A stretch of 63,985 nucleotides of DNA, the filler included, from Octopus bimaculoides (taxonomy: Eukaryota): assembly GCF_001194135.2 (NCBI RefSeq). It is 7 parts of 6 records of this genome, joined end to end, with 100 filler letters (N's around TTAATTAATTAA, not from the genome) between each part and the next. Parts side by side here need not be neighbours in the genome. Positions count along the whole stretch, not along the records: positions 1 to 10,422 come from NC_068981.1; positions 10,523 to 17,494 come from NC_068982.1; 5 more parts are not named here. One strand, written 5' to 3'. Of this stretch, positions 1-11,125 are shown piece after piece (position 1 is the stretch's first letter; each line of letters begins with the position of its first letter). Made by a program: the position numbers and the translations under genes. Below the pieces are notes generated by a model. The model made no database searches, had not been told where the DNA came from, and saw only the letters and a list, made by a program, of their open reading frames with translations.

Positions 1-28
1 AAGCCTGAATCCTATTCTCGTACTACTA

Positions 29-244
29 TTACGTTGGTGCATAATTATTGCGGCTTTTTTCAACAAATTTTATTCAACAAAAAGAATAACAATATTTTAC
101 AAAAACATCATTAAATGACGGTCTGAGCGTCTGCCAAGTAGATGGTGAATATGCTCCGGAATAATCATTTAAAGATGTTTTTGTTACATGTTGTTATTGT
201 TTTAGTTGAATAGAATTTGTTATAATAATTATGCACCAACCCAA
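29..244. mobile_element. Mariner-derived MITE (internal deletion derivative)
   Basis: Inverted termini ttacgttggtgcataattatt (29-49) and aataattatgcaccaacccaa (224-244), each flanked by TA. They resemble Hsmar1/MADE1-type TIRs. The interior keeps transposase C-terminal remnants (RLPSRW and DGEYAPE*, ~128-163). Confidence 0.75.
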
Positions 245-285
245 TATGTGTGTGTGCGTGTGTGTGTGTACATAAACTGGTACTT

Positions 286-590
286 CGTCGGTTACAACGA
301 CGAGTGTCCCAGTACAGCCGATAAACGGCACACCTTGCTCGTGAAATTAACGTGCATGTAGCTGAGCGCTCCTCAGACACACGTACCCGTAACATAGTTC
401 TCAGGGAGATTCAGCGAGACACTCAATGCGACAAGGTTGGCCCTTTCAAATACAAGTACTACAGCTAGTGGTATTTAAGCAACGTGAAATAAAGTGTCTT
501 GCTCAAGGTCGTATCGCGCCGCAGAGTATCGATCTAAGATCATGAGCCGAATACGCTAACCACTAAGCTACGTGCCTTCACACACACACG
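286..590 (-). mobile_element. tRNA-derived SINE, family A (head type 1)
   Basis: Minus strand reads a tRNA-like head (gtagcttagtggttagcgtattcggctc), then a CORE-like ccttgagcaagacactttatttcac segment, then a 3' module shared with 7749-8093, 55004-55253 and 58066-58362. Confidence 0.7.
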
Positions 591-662
591 TGTATGTGTG
601 TGTGTATTTGCGTATGAGTATGTATGTTTGTGAAGGTTTGTTTGTATGTATGAATGTGTACT

Positions 663-785
663 ACGAGTTTCTTTCAGTTCCTATCTACCAAATTACACTA
701 ACAAGGCTTTAGTCGGTTCGAGGCTATAATAAGAGACACTTGCTCGGGGTGCCACACAGTAGGACTAGACCATTTCGTTGGTAAA
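663..785 (-). mobile_element. SINE family B (CORE-like, octopus OR-type), 5' half
   Basis: Reverse complement matches the ggcaccttgggcaagtgtct...gtagacggaaactgaaagaa segment seen at 1268-1365, 15340-15420 and 36225-36300. Confidence 0.65.
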
Positions 786-1244
786 CAATATTTATTCATT
801 TTGGAATTTCCGAATAATCACTAGCTTCGGGCTTCTTATAAATTCGCTAAATTTCTGAGAGCGCTAGCGATTTAGGTGTGTCTGCAATCCTCAATTCAAG
901 AAAACTGAAACCACTTGCCGTGCATACACTTAATATGAACATGTCTACTGTGATTATTTTGAAGTTGCTGTACTTTTTCTTCCCTGGTATCTATTTTTGG
1001 TGATTCAGTGTTTTGAGTCATAGTTTCAATGAAATCATGCCAGTAATATCCAGTATTCTATTAAATCATTTATTTCTCTTGTGAAACTAAAAGACGAATA
1101 TGCATGAGAAACATACTGATATTTTCACAAATATTTGAGGCGGAGAAAATGAGACATTCGATTGGTACACTTAGTGGCTCACCGTTTTTAGGTAGTGGAA
1201 GAACTGTAGAAATGACGTGTGTTTCGTATTCTTGCAGTAGTTGG

Positions 1245-1622
1245 TGCGTGGTGAGGCGCTTGGGCATTGCGTGGCACTATGGGCAAGTGTCTTCTACTAT
1301 AGACTCGGGTTGATCAAAGCCTTGTAAATGGATTTAGTAGACGGAAACCGAAAGAAGCTCGTCGCATATATATGTGTGTGTGTGTATGTGTGATCGTGTG
1401 TGTGTGTGTGTGTCTGTGTATGTGTGTGTGTGTTTGTGTGTGTTTGTTTATGTGTGTATGTATGTGTCTGTCTGTCTTTGTGTCGCTGTGTCCCTCATCA
1501 CTGCTTAACACACCAACATGCTTAAAACAAATAAGTATTGGGGTCAATCCGTTCGACCAAAATTTTTCAAGGCGGCGCTCCAACATGGCCTTCAGTCTAA
1601 TGACTGAAACAAGTAAAAGAAT
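1245..1622 (+). mobile_element. SINE family B, near full length, with internal (TG)n tract
   Basis: Degenerate head, CORE-like gggcaagtgtcttctactatag, internal TG microsatellite (~1365-1480), and 3' module ending gactgaaacaagtaaaagaataa. Confidence 0.75.
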
Positions 1623-2952
1623 AAATGAATATGTTACATAAACTCAAAGACAAACACCAACTCAGTAATTAGCTGAAATGAGAACCTTGAACCTTTCGTT
1701 AACCTTTGATTAATGAGCACAAATCCCTTCTGTTTGAACGATACACATATAAACTAGCATAGCACTCTAACTACAGAGAGAGTTATACAACATTACAGAA
1801 GCTGGAGATGACTAGAACTGGAATTATTAACAGTTATGGTTCGCTCTCCTTAGTAATTAACTCTCCTTGATAAAAAAAAATTAAACGAAACAGGCGGAAA
1901 AAAATTAATTTGTGTATGAAACCAAAAAAAAATATTATTTATGAAAGAAATTATCAGAAATTCAACCTGATACACATCGGGAAGAAAAACCAAAAAGTAT
2001 AAAGTGTCTGTAAATTATCCTTTTCTTTACTTTTCGCTGAGATAATAGATACTTCAAACAAAAAAAAATGTATGTGCAGATAGGGGTTTTCTGTTAATGT
2101 TCTTTTGTTCGTTTGTTTTTGTTTTTTCTTTTGATTTTTTTTTACGTTTTATTGGATAGTGTACAAAAATCAAAATAAAAATAAAACAAACATAAGTGGT
2201 TAGGAAAGTAAAACGACTTTCAAATTACCCAGAAATAGATAAATGTGAAGACCGATAAGAATTCGACAGATATCAGGTAACATTTCTTTTTACGTAATAA
2301 ACAATAATAATAATAACAATATCGTAATAGGCTGGTGATAACGAGACGGAATAAGGAGAATAGTGTAAGAGGAATGATAAGGTAAGGAGTCTAGTTATAT
2401 TTACATATATGTACTGTGATTGACTTTACATAGATTTATGAGAAAAATATTGTTGTTTTGAAGTAAGTTTCAGGTCATTAAATATAATACGCTTTCGTTG
2501 ATACACGCACATACATGCTCACATATTCGTATGTATGTGAGTGTCTGTGTGTGTATATATGTGTGTACGTCTTTGCATATTTATTACACAGGAAGAAAGA
2601 GAGACGGTGACTTCGAAATGTTGGCCAAGAGCAACCTGACAGACATTCTCGGGGCAAAACTTGAGGACTCGGTCGTTCTTTCTCTTTAACGAATATTTAA
2701 AATTCACTTTTACGAAAGAGTCGTTTTTTGTTTTTTCAGTTATTGCTTTTTTTTTTCTGTGTTCTAAGCTTCAAGAACACCTACATCTAAATAAATAGTA
2801 TGCATATATATTTATAGAGCAATTTTAAAGAAGTTTCCAAGTCAAAAGTCACTGTTAATATTAAATATTATGTCGACTATGCAAACTATATTTGAGTGAT
2901 TCATTCAGTATTTGTTCAATATGTCAACAACAGAAACATCTTAAACACAGAT

Positions 2953-2957
2953 GTGTA

Positions 2958-2997
<40 letters not shown>

Positions 2998-3000
2998 TGT

Positions 3001-3095
<95 letters not shown>
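2953..3095. repeat. Compound (TG)n/(AG)n microsatellite
   Basis: Direct reading of the sequence. Confidence 0.95.
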
Positions 3096-3099
<4 letters not shown>

Positions 3100-3189
3100 T
3101 ACATATCACACCCAAGTGTGTGTGCATCTATTCGCCTAAAGAATCTCTGATACAGACTCTTTGAGATGTTTTACAAATCATCATTGTGC

Positions 3190-4680
3190 CACTAATAGAT
3201 TGGATCTGGAGATTGGATCTTTGAAAAACCTAGGATCTCTAGGTTTTTGTGTAACTTTGTAGGTACGTAGCTTAATGATGATAGGTATAAATGAGAATTT
3301 ATCGGCAGGGTACAAGTTCTGCATTGATTTACCATAAATGATCTATTTTTCATGGGTCTTTTGAGGATACATACACATTGGCTGGGCAGCTGACATCTGC
3401 AACAGTGCATAACTTTTGTTCTCTGTCCCACAGAACAATATTAGTTATGTTATGTTTGCACCTAATTTCTTTTCTGATTGAAGTGTTCCACTAGTATTCC
3501 TTGTTTTTAAAGGTGTGAATGCATGCTGGTTGTGATATGCCTTTCATATATACGCTAGGGCAATCTTTCCTGCGGATAGCACTGTAAATAGTTTTTGCAG
3601 CTGTATCCTGCCTCAGAGGCAAGAAATATCTCACTGATATTTAGGGCAGCTGCTGATGATGTGGCTGAGATCTTCCACACTGGTATAGCAGAGCCAGAAT
3701 TTTCTATCACAACGGAGGTTTGGCGGTATCTTTGTCCCTCTTATTTATCAGGTGTTTAGTAGCTAACTCCTGTTCCTAGATAGCCAAGGCATATCATTCT
3801 ATGTGGGATGTAGTGTATCTGTCACAGGCTACTCTTCCTGTCAATACTGTTGTTATCCTGTAGCTTAAGTGATATGTACCCATGCATAGCTTTTTGCTGG
3901 TATGATGCCTGCTTCTCCTTCAAACTTCTGTTTAGATAGGCCAGTCCAGCCTTCTTTGAGTCGCATAAGACAGTTGTATTCTCAGAGTACCTGCACAGTT
4001 CTACAACTCTGAAAATGTTGTTGCTCTCACTTTTGATTATGCATAGAATGTACTCATTTATTTCCTTATTCTTCAGTAGTTGTTGTCTGAGTAATACAAC
4101 GCGACATACCAAGACTGTTTGAAATGACCTTATGCCTCTACCGCCATCGTTCGGTATCACATACATCCTATCGATGTCTCTGTTAATGTATAACTTACCA
4201 ATGGTTATCAGTACCTTTTTAGCTGCAAGATCTCGTCAACTTCCAAGCTGCAAGAACTCATCCAGTCCAATATCCCAAATGTTGATATTAGCGCTAGTAG
4301 TGAAAAAGCATTGCGAGATTAGGTTTTGTTAAATAATACAGGTGTGAGTTCCATATTTTCCGGTGTCTACAGAAATACTCTTTTGTTATTCTCGCTTTAG
4401 TCACAGTACCAATGCATGTAACATTCTTATCGACTCCGAGATATTTGTTGCTTTCATCATTAGAGAGCAGAAATAGATAACTCATTGACGTACATGTTCT
4501 CCGTTTCGGCGACAATCTTTCCTCGGCTTCTATTATGTATGAGCATTTATCTTCCCCAAACTTCATTCCTATGCCCCGTGAGAATGGTGTGACTAGTTGT
4601 AAATGTCCCTTCATATTGATCATGGCACCAGAATATATTTGTAGATCATCAACAAGAAATATGGATGACATTAATTTTAG
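3190..4680 (-). mobile_element. Degenerate R4/Dong-like RLE non-LTR retrotransposon (RT C-terminal part, CCHC, REL)
   Basis: Minus-strand motifs: FLVDDLQIY, MKFGEDKC, KYLGVD, YVIPNDGGRGI, QQKAMHGY, CCHC-like LCYTSVEDLSHIISSCP (~3645-3700) and a REL-region remnant VSCPANV. Frameshifts and stops throughout. (TATG)n abuts the 5' end (~4690-4730). Confidence 0.8.
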
Positions 4681-5629
4681 CCTTTTCTGTGTGTGTATGT
4701 GTGTATGTATGTATGTATGTATGTGTGTGTTATATCCGTAAAATGTTGATTTTTATAACGCCCACTTCGGTATACAGTAAAACCAGTATAGACACGACTA
4801 TCTCTGACCGCCTGTTATGTACTGTCTCGTACTCTCCTATTTATAGTGACTCAATCATACCATATGTCACATGGGAGGGATGTACCATTATTACTAATTC
4901 CCTACAACATCTCCCCTTCTAAATTTATTTTAGGAAGTGTCATTTTATCTAGCAATAATTATTTTTATTCACCCTACCTCCCTTTTTTGAGGGATTTTTC
5001 CGTACAAATTAATATTTTTTGTGCTTGGCATATATTTTCAGGAACTCTACGTTTTCCTTTCCTCTCACTTGTACGCCTGGGTTCAGTCACCTGCAGTGGT
5101 GTTGGTACTTGGCACATGTCGTACAACCATTCCATCGGTTCCTCCAACTTCACTGGTTCGTTTTCCGTGAATCTCTTTTTCAGTTGGTTCTTGTGTCTCT
5201 TTTGTATGCCTTTTCTACTTTTCACCTAATTTATCACAGTTGAGGAGGTTGGTTTTTTACACTTACAAATTTCTGGCTGTTATGAAAAACTATCAGCTGC
5301 CACTAAGTAGTAAGAACCATTTAAAGGACCAGCGAAATTCATGTGATGTCTCGACCACGGAACATATACTTTTGAATAATGTTTACTTATTATCGTGGGA
5401 AATTTTTTAAATTTTGCTTCAGCTTATATATAGATGTTCTACTCTGTCTACTGCCGGGTAAAATGCTTAGTGGCACTTCGTCCGTCTTTTAAGGGAGTAT
5501 TCTATTTTATTAGATTTTAACTCCTATATTTACTTAGACCTGTAGAATTTTATAAATTGGAATGTTTGAAAGACTGATAATGCTGGGAAATTCTTCTTTA
5601 AATTTCGTTCGCTGTGGATTCAATATATT

Positions 5630-6226
5630 CCAGTGAAGACCTCAATAAAATGTAAGCACAAAAGACCTGATATAATGATTTCGGATAGAGAAGAGAAACT
5701 GTGCACAGTTGTGGAAATTAGCTATCCAGCGGATGTTGACATAAAGCTGAAGGTCAGTGAAAAAGAGAACACCTATGATGAACTATTGCGAAATTTGTAG
5801 TTACTCTATCCAGATTACAAATTCAGATTTATACGTGTAATTATTGGGGCCCTGGGATATGTAACACACTGCCTAAATACCAATCTTGAGAATTTAGACT
5901 TCTCAAAAGCAGAAAGAAGGAAGCTAATTTAAAGACAACAGATCCAATCTATCACTGGAACTGTAAAAATTTGTAAATCTTTCCAGAAGTTTATCATTTA
6001 AATATGTATGAGCATGTCCAGATATGCAACTATATGCATGAGAATACATACATAAAACATATAAATCTGCACATACATACATACATACATACATACATAC
6101 ATACATACATACATAAATACAAAAATACCCTGCTGATGTTGAAACCCCAATGAAGGAGCCCTGGATCTAGGTTAGCAGCCAGTTCTTTCTCTATTAGCAA
6201 GAAATCTTCAAATAAACTGAATGACA
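5630..6226 (+). mobile_element. R4/Dong-like element, 3' fragment with complete 3' UTR
   Basis: REL motifs KCKHKRPDIMI and VEISYPADV. Homologous to 14010-14390 and 47780-48330. Internal (CATA)n at ~6073-6113; ends aataaactgaatga followed by (CATA)n. Confidence 0.8.
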
Positions 6227-6238
6227 TACATACATACA

Positions 6239-6272
<34 letters not shown>

Positions 6273-6613
6273 CATTAATTCATATATACGTTAATTCTCC
6301 TTTTCGTTTCAGTTTTGGCCATGCTAAACACCAAGTTAGAGGGCTTAATCGATCATATCGGTGATGTAATTATATTTAGTTTGGAAATCATTTTATCGAT
6401 CGATATTGGTAGAATAGTTATATTTTGTTCTTTCAATGTCACACCAGTTACTATGCATGCACACACATACACTTAGAGCCACGGTCAACCACTTGTGTGT
6501 GTATGTATATACATATACATACATACATGTCTGTGTGTATATATATATGTATATATATATACATGTATGTATGCGTTTATATATATATATATACACATAT
6601 GTATATGTCTGTA

Positions 6614-6676
<63 letters not shown>

Positions 6677-7481
6677 NNNNNNNNNNNNNNNNNNNNNNNN
6701 NNNNNNNNNNNNNNNNNNNNNNNNNNNNNNNNNNNNNNNNNNNNNNNNNNNNNNNNNNNNNNNNNNNNNNNNNNNNNNNNNNNNNNNNNNNNNNNNNNNN
6801 NNNNNNNNNNNNNNNNNNNNNNNNNNNNNNNNNNNNNNNNNNNNNNNNNNNNNNNNNNNNNNNNNNNNNNNNNNNNNNNNNNNNNNNNNNNNNNNNNNNN
6901 NNNNNNNNNNNNNNNNNNNNNNNNNNNNNNNNNNNNNNNNNNNNNNNNNNNNNNNNNNNNNNNNNNNNNNNNNNNNNNNNNNNNNNNNNNNNNNNNNNNN
7001 NNNNNNNNNNNNNNNNNNNNNNNNNNNNNNNNNNNNNNNNNNNNNNNNNNNNNNNNNNNNNNNNNNNNNNNNNNNNNNNNNNNNNNNNNNNNNNNNNNNN
7101 NNNNNNNNNNNNNNNNNNNNNNNNNNNNNNNNNNNNNNNNNNNNATATATATATATATATATATATACATATACACACATACATATGTGTTTCAGCCATA
7201 TAACTACACACGTGCTGTTCGTGGACTTTTCCCTTCTCAGGGCTTTTCCTTTCTCCTCTTCCTGACGAAGCGCTATGCTCGAAAAGTTAAAAGCCCACAC
7301 TTTTTTTCCACCTTTACTGAGCATCAAGCTTGTTTTGTTATTTTTAATTTATTATATATGTTATTTTTATATGTGATTTATTATATATTATTTTTTATTT
7401 ATTGTATATGTTATTTTTAATGTTTAGTTGCTAATGTTCGACTTTTAATGTTCGTTCCGTCCGTGGGGGGGGGGGGGCGTA

Positions 7482-7680
7482 TAAGGTGAGCTGGCAGAAT
7501 CGTTATCACGTCGAACTAAATGCTAAATGGCACTGCTAGTTCTTTACATTCTGAGTTCAAATCCTGTTTCGGTCAACTTTGCCTTTCATCCCTTCGAGGT
7601 CGTTGAAGTCAAGTATCAGTTAAGTACTGTCACTGATGTTATAGATTTACCCCTTACCCTCAAAATTCCTAGCCTTGAAC
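7482..7680 (+). mobile_element. tRNA-derived SINE, family E
   Basis: ggtgagctggcagaatcgtta head and ttctgagttcaaatcc B-box-like segment. Homologous copies at ~52423-52490, ~53637-53790 and 54494-54670 (-). Confidence 0.6.
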
Positions 7681-7748
7681 CCTACAACGGATAGCCGTCC
7701 CGTTCAGGGAAATGTAATCTCGGTCACGTTGTTGGGGGTTCCAATTGA

Positions 7749-8093
7749 GGGTTCTAGTTGATCCGATCAACGCAACAGCCTGCTCGTGAAATTAACTTGC
7801 AAGTGGCTGAGCACTCCACAGACACGTGTACCCTTAACGTAGTTCTCGGGGATTTTCAGCGTGACACAGAGTGACAGGGCTGACCCTTTGAGTTACAAGC
7901 ACAACAGAAACAGGAAGTAAGAGTTAGAGAAAGTTGTGGTGAAAGAGTACAACAGGGTTCGCCATCATCCCCTGCCGGAGCCTCGTGGAGCTTTAGGTGT
8001 CTTCGCTCAATAAACACTCACAACGCCCAGTCTGGGAATCGAAACCGCGATCCTATGACCGCATGTCCGCTGCCCTAACCACTGGGCCATTGC
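7749..8093 (-). mobile_element. tRNA-derived SINE, family A (head type 2)
   Basis: Minus-strand head gcaatggcccagtggttagggcagcggac...ggtttcgattcccagac with A/B-box-like motifs. Body nearly identical to 58066-58362. Confidence 0.75.
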
Positions 8094-8867
8094 AGTCACG
8101 TATACAGTATAGAAACCAGGTAACCAGCCTTATGACTCCTAGGGCTATATAAAATACACACACACGCACAAACACATACACGGTAATAAACGAGAATTAT
8201 AGTAAGCAATAATTATGAGGAAGGAACATAAAGACATTAATATTTGCCAAAATTTCGAATGTATGACTTTATACGATTTTGGTTGAAATATTTATATCTC
8301 CATCTATTTAAAATGATGTGTAATTGAAGCAATAATAAAACGGTTATTCAAGGAAATCAATTTTTTTTTCTTTTGTGACTTTCAGTTATAAGTGCATGGA
8401 AGTCAGGACTACATTATCGAAAATAGATTTTGTAAGACGCTAGGGTGTGGTTTCAGAACATTTTACTGCTATTTCTAAAAGGCTGAAAAACGAATTATGT
8501 GACTCTAAACACATACAGATAGGACTCCCAACCCCCGACATAGTCGCTTGTAGCATGAAGCAACGGTGATGCGGAAACTCTACTTAAACTGTTAAATATA
8601 TGAGATAAGTATTGTAGTCTGTTTTTGAAATGAACAGAAATATCAATAAAAGTGAAAAGAAGGATATTATTATTTAGAATTCCGCATACATGTGCGCGCG
8701 CGCGCGTGTGTGTGTGAGAGTGTGTGTGCGCGCGCGCGTGCATGTGTATGTGTGTATACGTGTATGTGTGTGCGTGTGTCTATTTAATATATAACTATAT
8801 CTGTATTGAATATATTTCAATATATACATATCTATCTGCCAATCAAAGTCTATCTACCTATTTGTAT

Positions 8868-8902
<35 letters not shown>

Positions 8903-8906
8903 CTGT

Positions 8907-8978
<72 letters not shown>

Positions 8979-9022
8979 AAGGGAGAGAGAGAGAGAGAGA
9001 TACACATAGACAGACAGACAGA
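8868..9022. repeat. Compound (GATA)/(GA)/(GACA) microsatellite
   Basis: Direct reading of the sequence. Confidence 0.9.
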
Positions 9023-9272
9023 GAGACATTACAAGTCCAGTCTGTGAGTGAAACAGTAAAAATATCCAAGACTTTTCACAAGTTCCAGATGTGAATTTGT
9101 CTGATAATATTTACGGTCAAATCTGCCGAAACTTATTAAGAATAAATATGTATCTCATCTTTAGATTTTCGCTGTTCGCCATGCAAATTGCAATATGTGG
9201 CAACATCATTTGACTCCTTTTGGAGCTAGTCTAAAACCACTGACTATTGAGTGAACCATGGTTCTAAGAAAT

Positions 9273-9425
9273 ATGGGTGGGGCTGAAAAGTTCCTGACCA
9301 TGGCAAAAAGAAGATGCATCAGGATCAGTTAATTATGATTTTATTCAATATATTTCCCTCTCAAATTCACACACCTATTGCAAGAGTCCTTCAGTTTTTC
9401 TAAGCCCTGTAAAAGAACTCGGGTA
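9273..9425 (-). mobile_element. Mariner-type transposon 3' end with TIR
   Basis: TIR-like ggggctgaaaagttcctg at ~9279-9297. The minus strand resembles a frameshifted mariner C-terminus (FFxxGxxKLxxRCxxCVxLRGxYIE* pattern). Confidence 0.6.
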
Positions 9426-9454
9426 AATTTTTCGAGTAACACCCGCATGATTTT

Positions 9455-9985
9455 CACTAAGAAAAAGAAAATTGGATTTTTTGCGTTGAATCCAGTACCC
9501 TGACCTCCTAATATGTTGCAAATCCCTTATTTTTGTTCGGAAAAAGAGGGGACTGGGGGAACCCCGTCCCAGAATCATTGAAATTTCTTTTTTTTTCGTT
9601 GAATGAATTCCCATGACCTCCTAATATGCTGCAAAACCCTTTTGGGAGTCCGAAAACCGGGGTGTAGTGAGGTGGAAGCCTCGGAAATTTCACCCCCTGT
9701 TTCCCCACACACACATACCCACACCCCCATTGATCTTTTCACCAGCACTAAGGAAAAAATCGTATTTTTTTGCGCGGAATCAAGTGCCCTGACCTTCTAA
9801 TATGCTGCAAATCCCTTATTTTGGTTCTGAAAAAGGGGACAAGGGGGAACCCCCACCCCGTCCCGGAATCATAGGAATTTTTTCTTTTTTCCTATGACAT
9901 AATATGCTACACACCCCTTCTTAGGGTTCGAAAAACGGGGTAGGGTGAGCTGGAAACCTTGGAAATTTTACCCACTCCCAACATT
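9455..9985. repeat. Diverged tandem duplication, period ~290 bp, rich in G/C runs
   Basis: cactaag...tgacctcctaatatg(t/c)tgcaaatcccttattt recurs from 9455 and from 9746. Each unit has an internal tgac...taatatgc sub-repeat. Confidence 0.75.
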
Positions 9986-10422
9986 TTACAGAAATAAAAT
10001 TTCCAGAGTGTGAATTATATGGTTCGTTATATTGCATATATTTGATGTATATATAAATACATATATATGATAGTGTGTATGTGTATGTATGTAGACAGGT
10101 AAACATTCACCGACAAAGTGCTACTTACCTCTTTGCTGTCAAATAAATGGATTAATTCTCAATAAAACACTTTTTTTCTCCACGAAGCATTTTAGGAAAA
10201 AACAAAAACAAAAATCTTTTGTGCGCAAACTAATTTTTGTGTGTGGAGGCGGTGGGGGAGAAAGATGAGCGATTTAAAATAAATAAGCGATTTAAAGTAA
10301 TTATATCTTAATTGTTGTGTGAGAAAGTATATATATTCTAATGATAATACATAGTATCTTTCAAAAACATCCTAAATTTAACGACTATAGCTTGTGTTTA
10401 AGAAAAAAAATTATTTTACATT

Positions 10423-10522
10423 NNNNNNNNNNNNNNNNNNNNNNNNNNNNNNNNNNNNNNNNNNNNTTAATTAATTAANNNNNNNNNNNNNNNNNNNNNN
10501 NNNNNNNNNNNNNNNNNNNNNN
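10423..10522. other. Artificial scaffold-joining spacer
   Basis: 44 N + TTAATTAATTAA (stops in all six frames) + 44 N; identical structure at five other places. Confidence 0.95.
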
Positions 10523-10779
10523 AAAAAAAATATTCAGACAAATACATAACAAAAACACCAGGACTTACAAATATATATAACATTCAGAAAATTGCACTAC
10601 TGGACACTGCACACATCCTACGCAAAACACTTTCAATACAGTAACCATAAGAGCATCACCGCAAACCATAGCACATACCCAAGGCACACAGAGCTGCGCT
10701 CGGTAGTGAAGTGAAAGCACGTTATAAAAATAAAACTACTGAACAATAATAATAATAATAACATCGAAAAATACCTTAG

Positions 10780-11125
10780 GAATGAGAACCCAGGTTCGAA
10801 ATTTCTCCAACACCTGAAGAAGGCTGGAGGGTATATCAACCAAAACGTGTTAACAACAAACAAGATGAGGACAAATATCCATCGAATGTAAATAATGTAA
10901 ATAATAATAATAATTATTATTGTTATTCAGGTCACTGCCTGGAATCGAAGTCGGAATCTTGGGGTTAGTAGCCCGCGCTCTTAACTACTATGCTATATGA
11001 TTAAGGCTGTGGGGTATATCAGCCGAAACGGTGTGTTAACAACAAACAAGATGAGGACAAATATCCGTCAAACGTAAATAATGTAAATAATGTACATAAT
11101 TTCTCATCTCTTAAATATGAAACTG
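10780..11125 (+). mobile_element. Two tandem copies of a Penelope-like pLTR segment carrying decayed hammerhead halves
   Basis: ggctg..gggtatatca(a/g)cc(a/g)aaac..gtgttaacaacaaacaagatgaggacaaatatcc..aataatgtaaataat occurs at ~10821-10910 and ~11004-11095. Confidence 0.5.
10925..10997 (-). mobile_element. Short tRNA-derived SINE or tRNA pseudogene (tRNA-Ser-like head)
   Basis: Minus strand gcatagtagttaagagcgcgggctactaaccccaag..ttcgattccaggc with A- and B-box-like motifs, followed by an (AAT)-rich tail. No proper acceptor stem. Confidence 0.5.

Noticed and set aside
8030-8093. tRNA-like sequence, also at 36300-36372 and 10925-10997
   Set aside because: These are SINE heads continuous with repeat bodies; no complete cloverleaf or acceptor stem.
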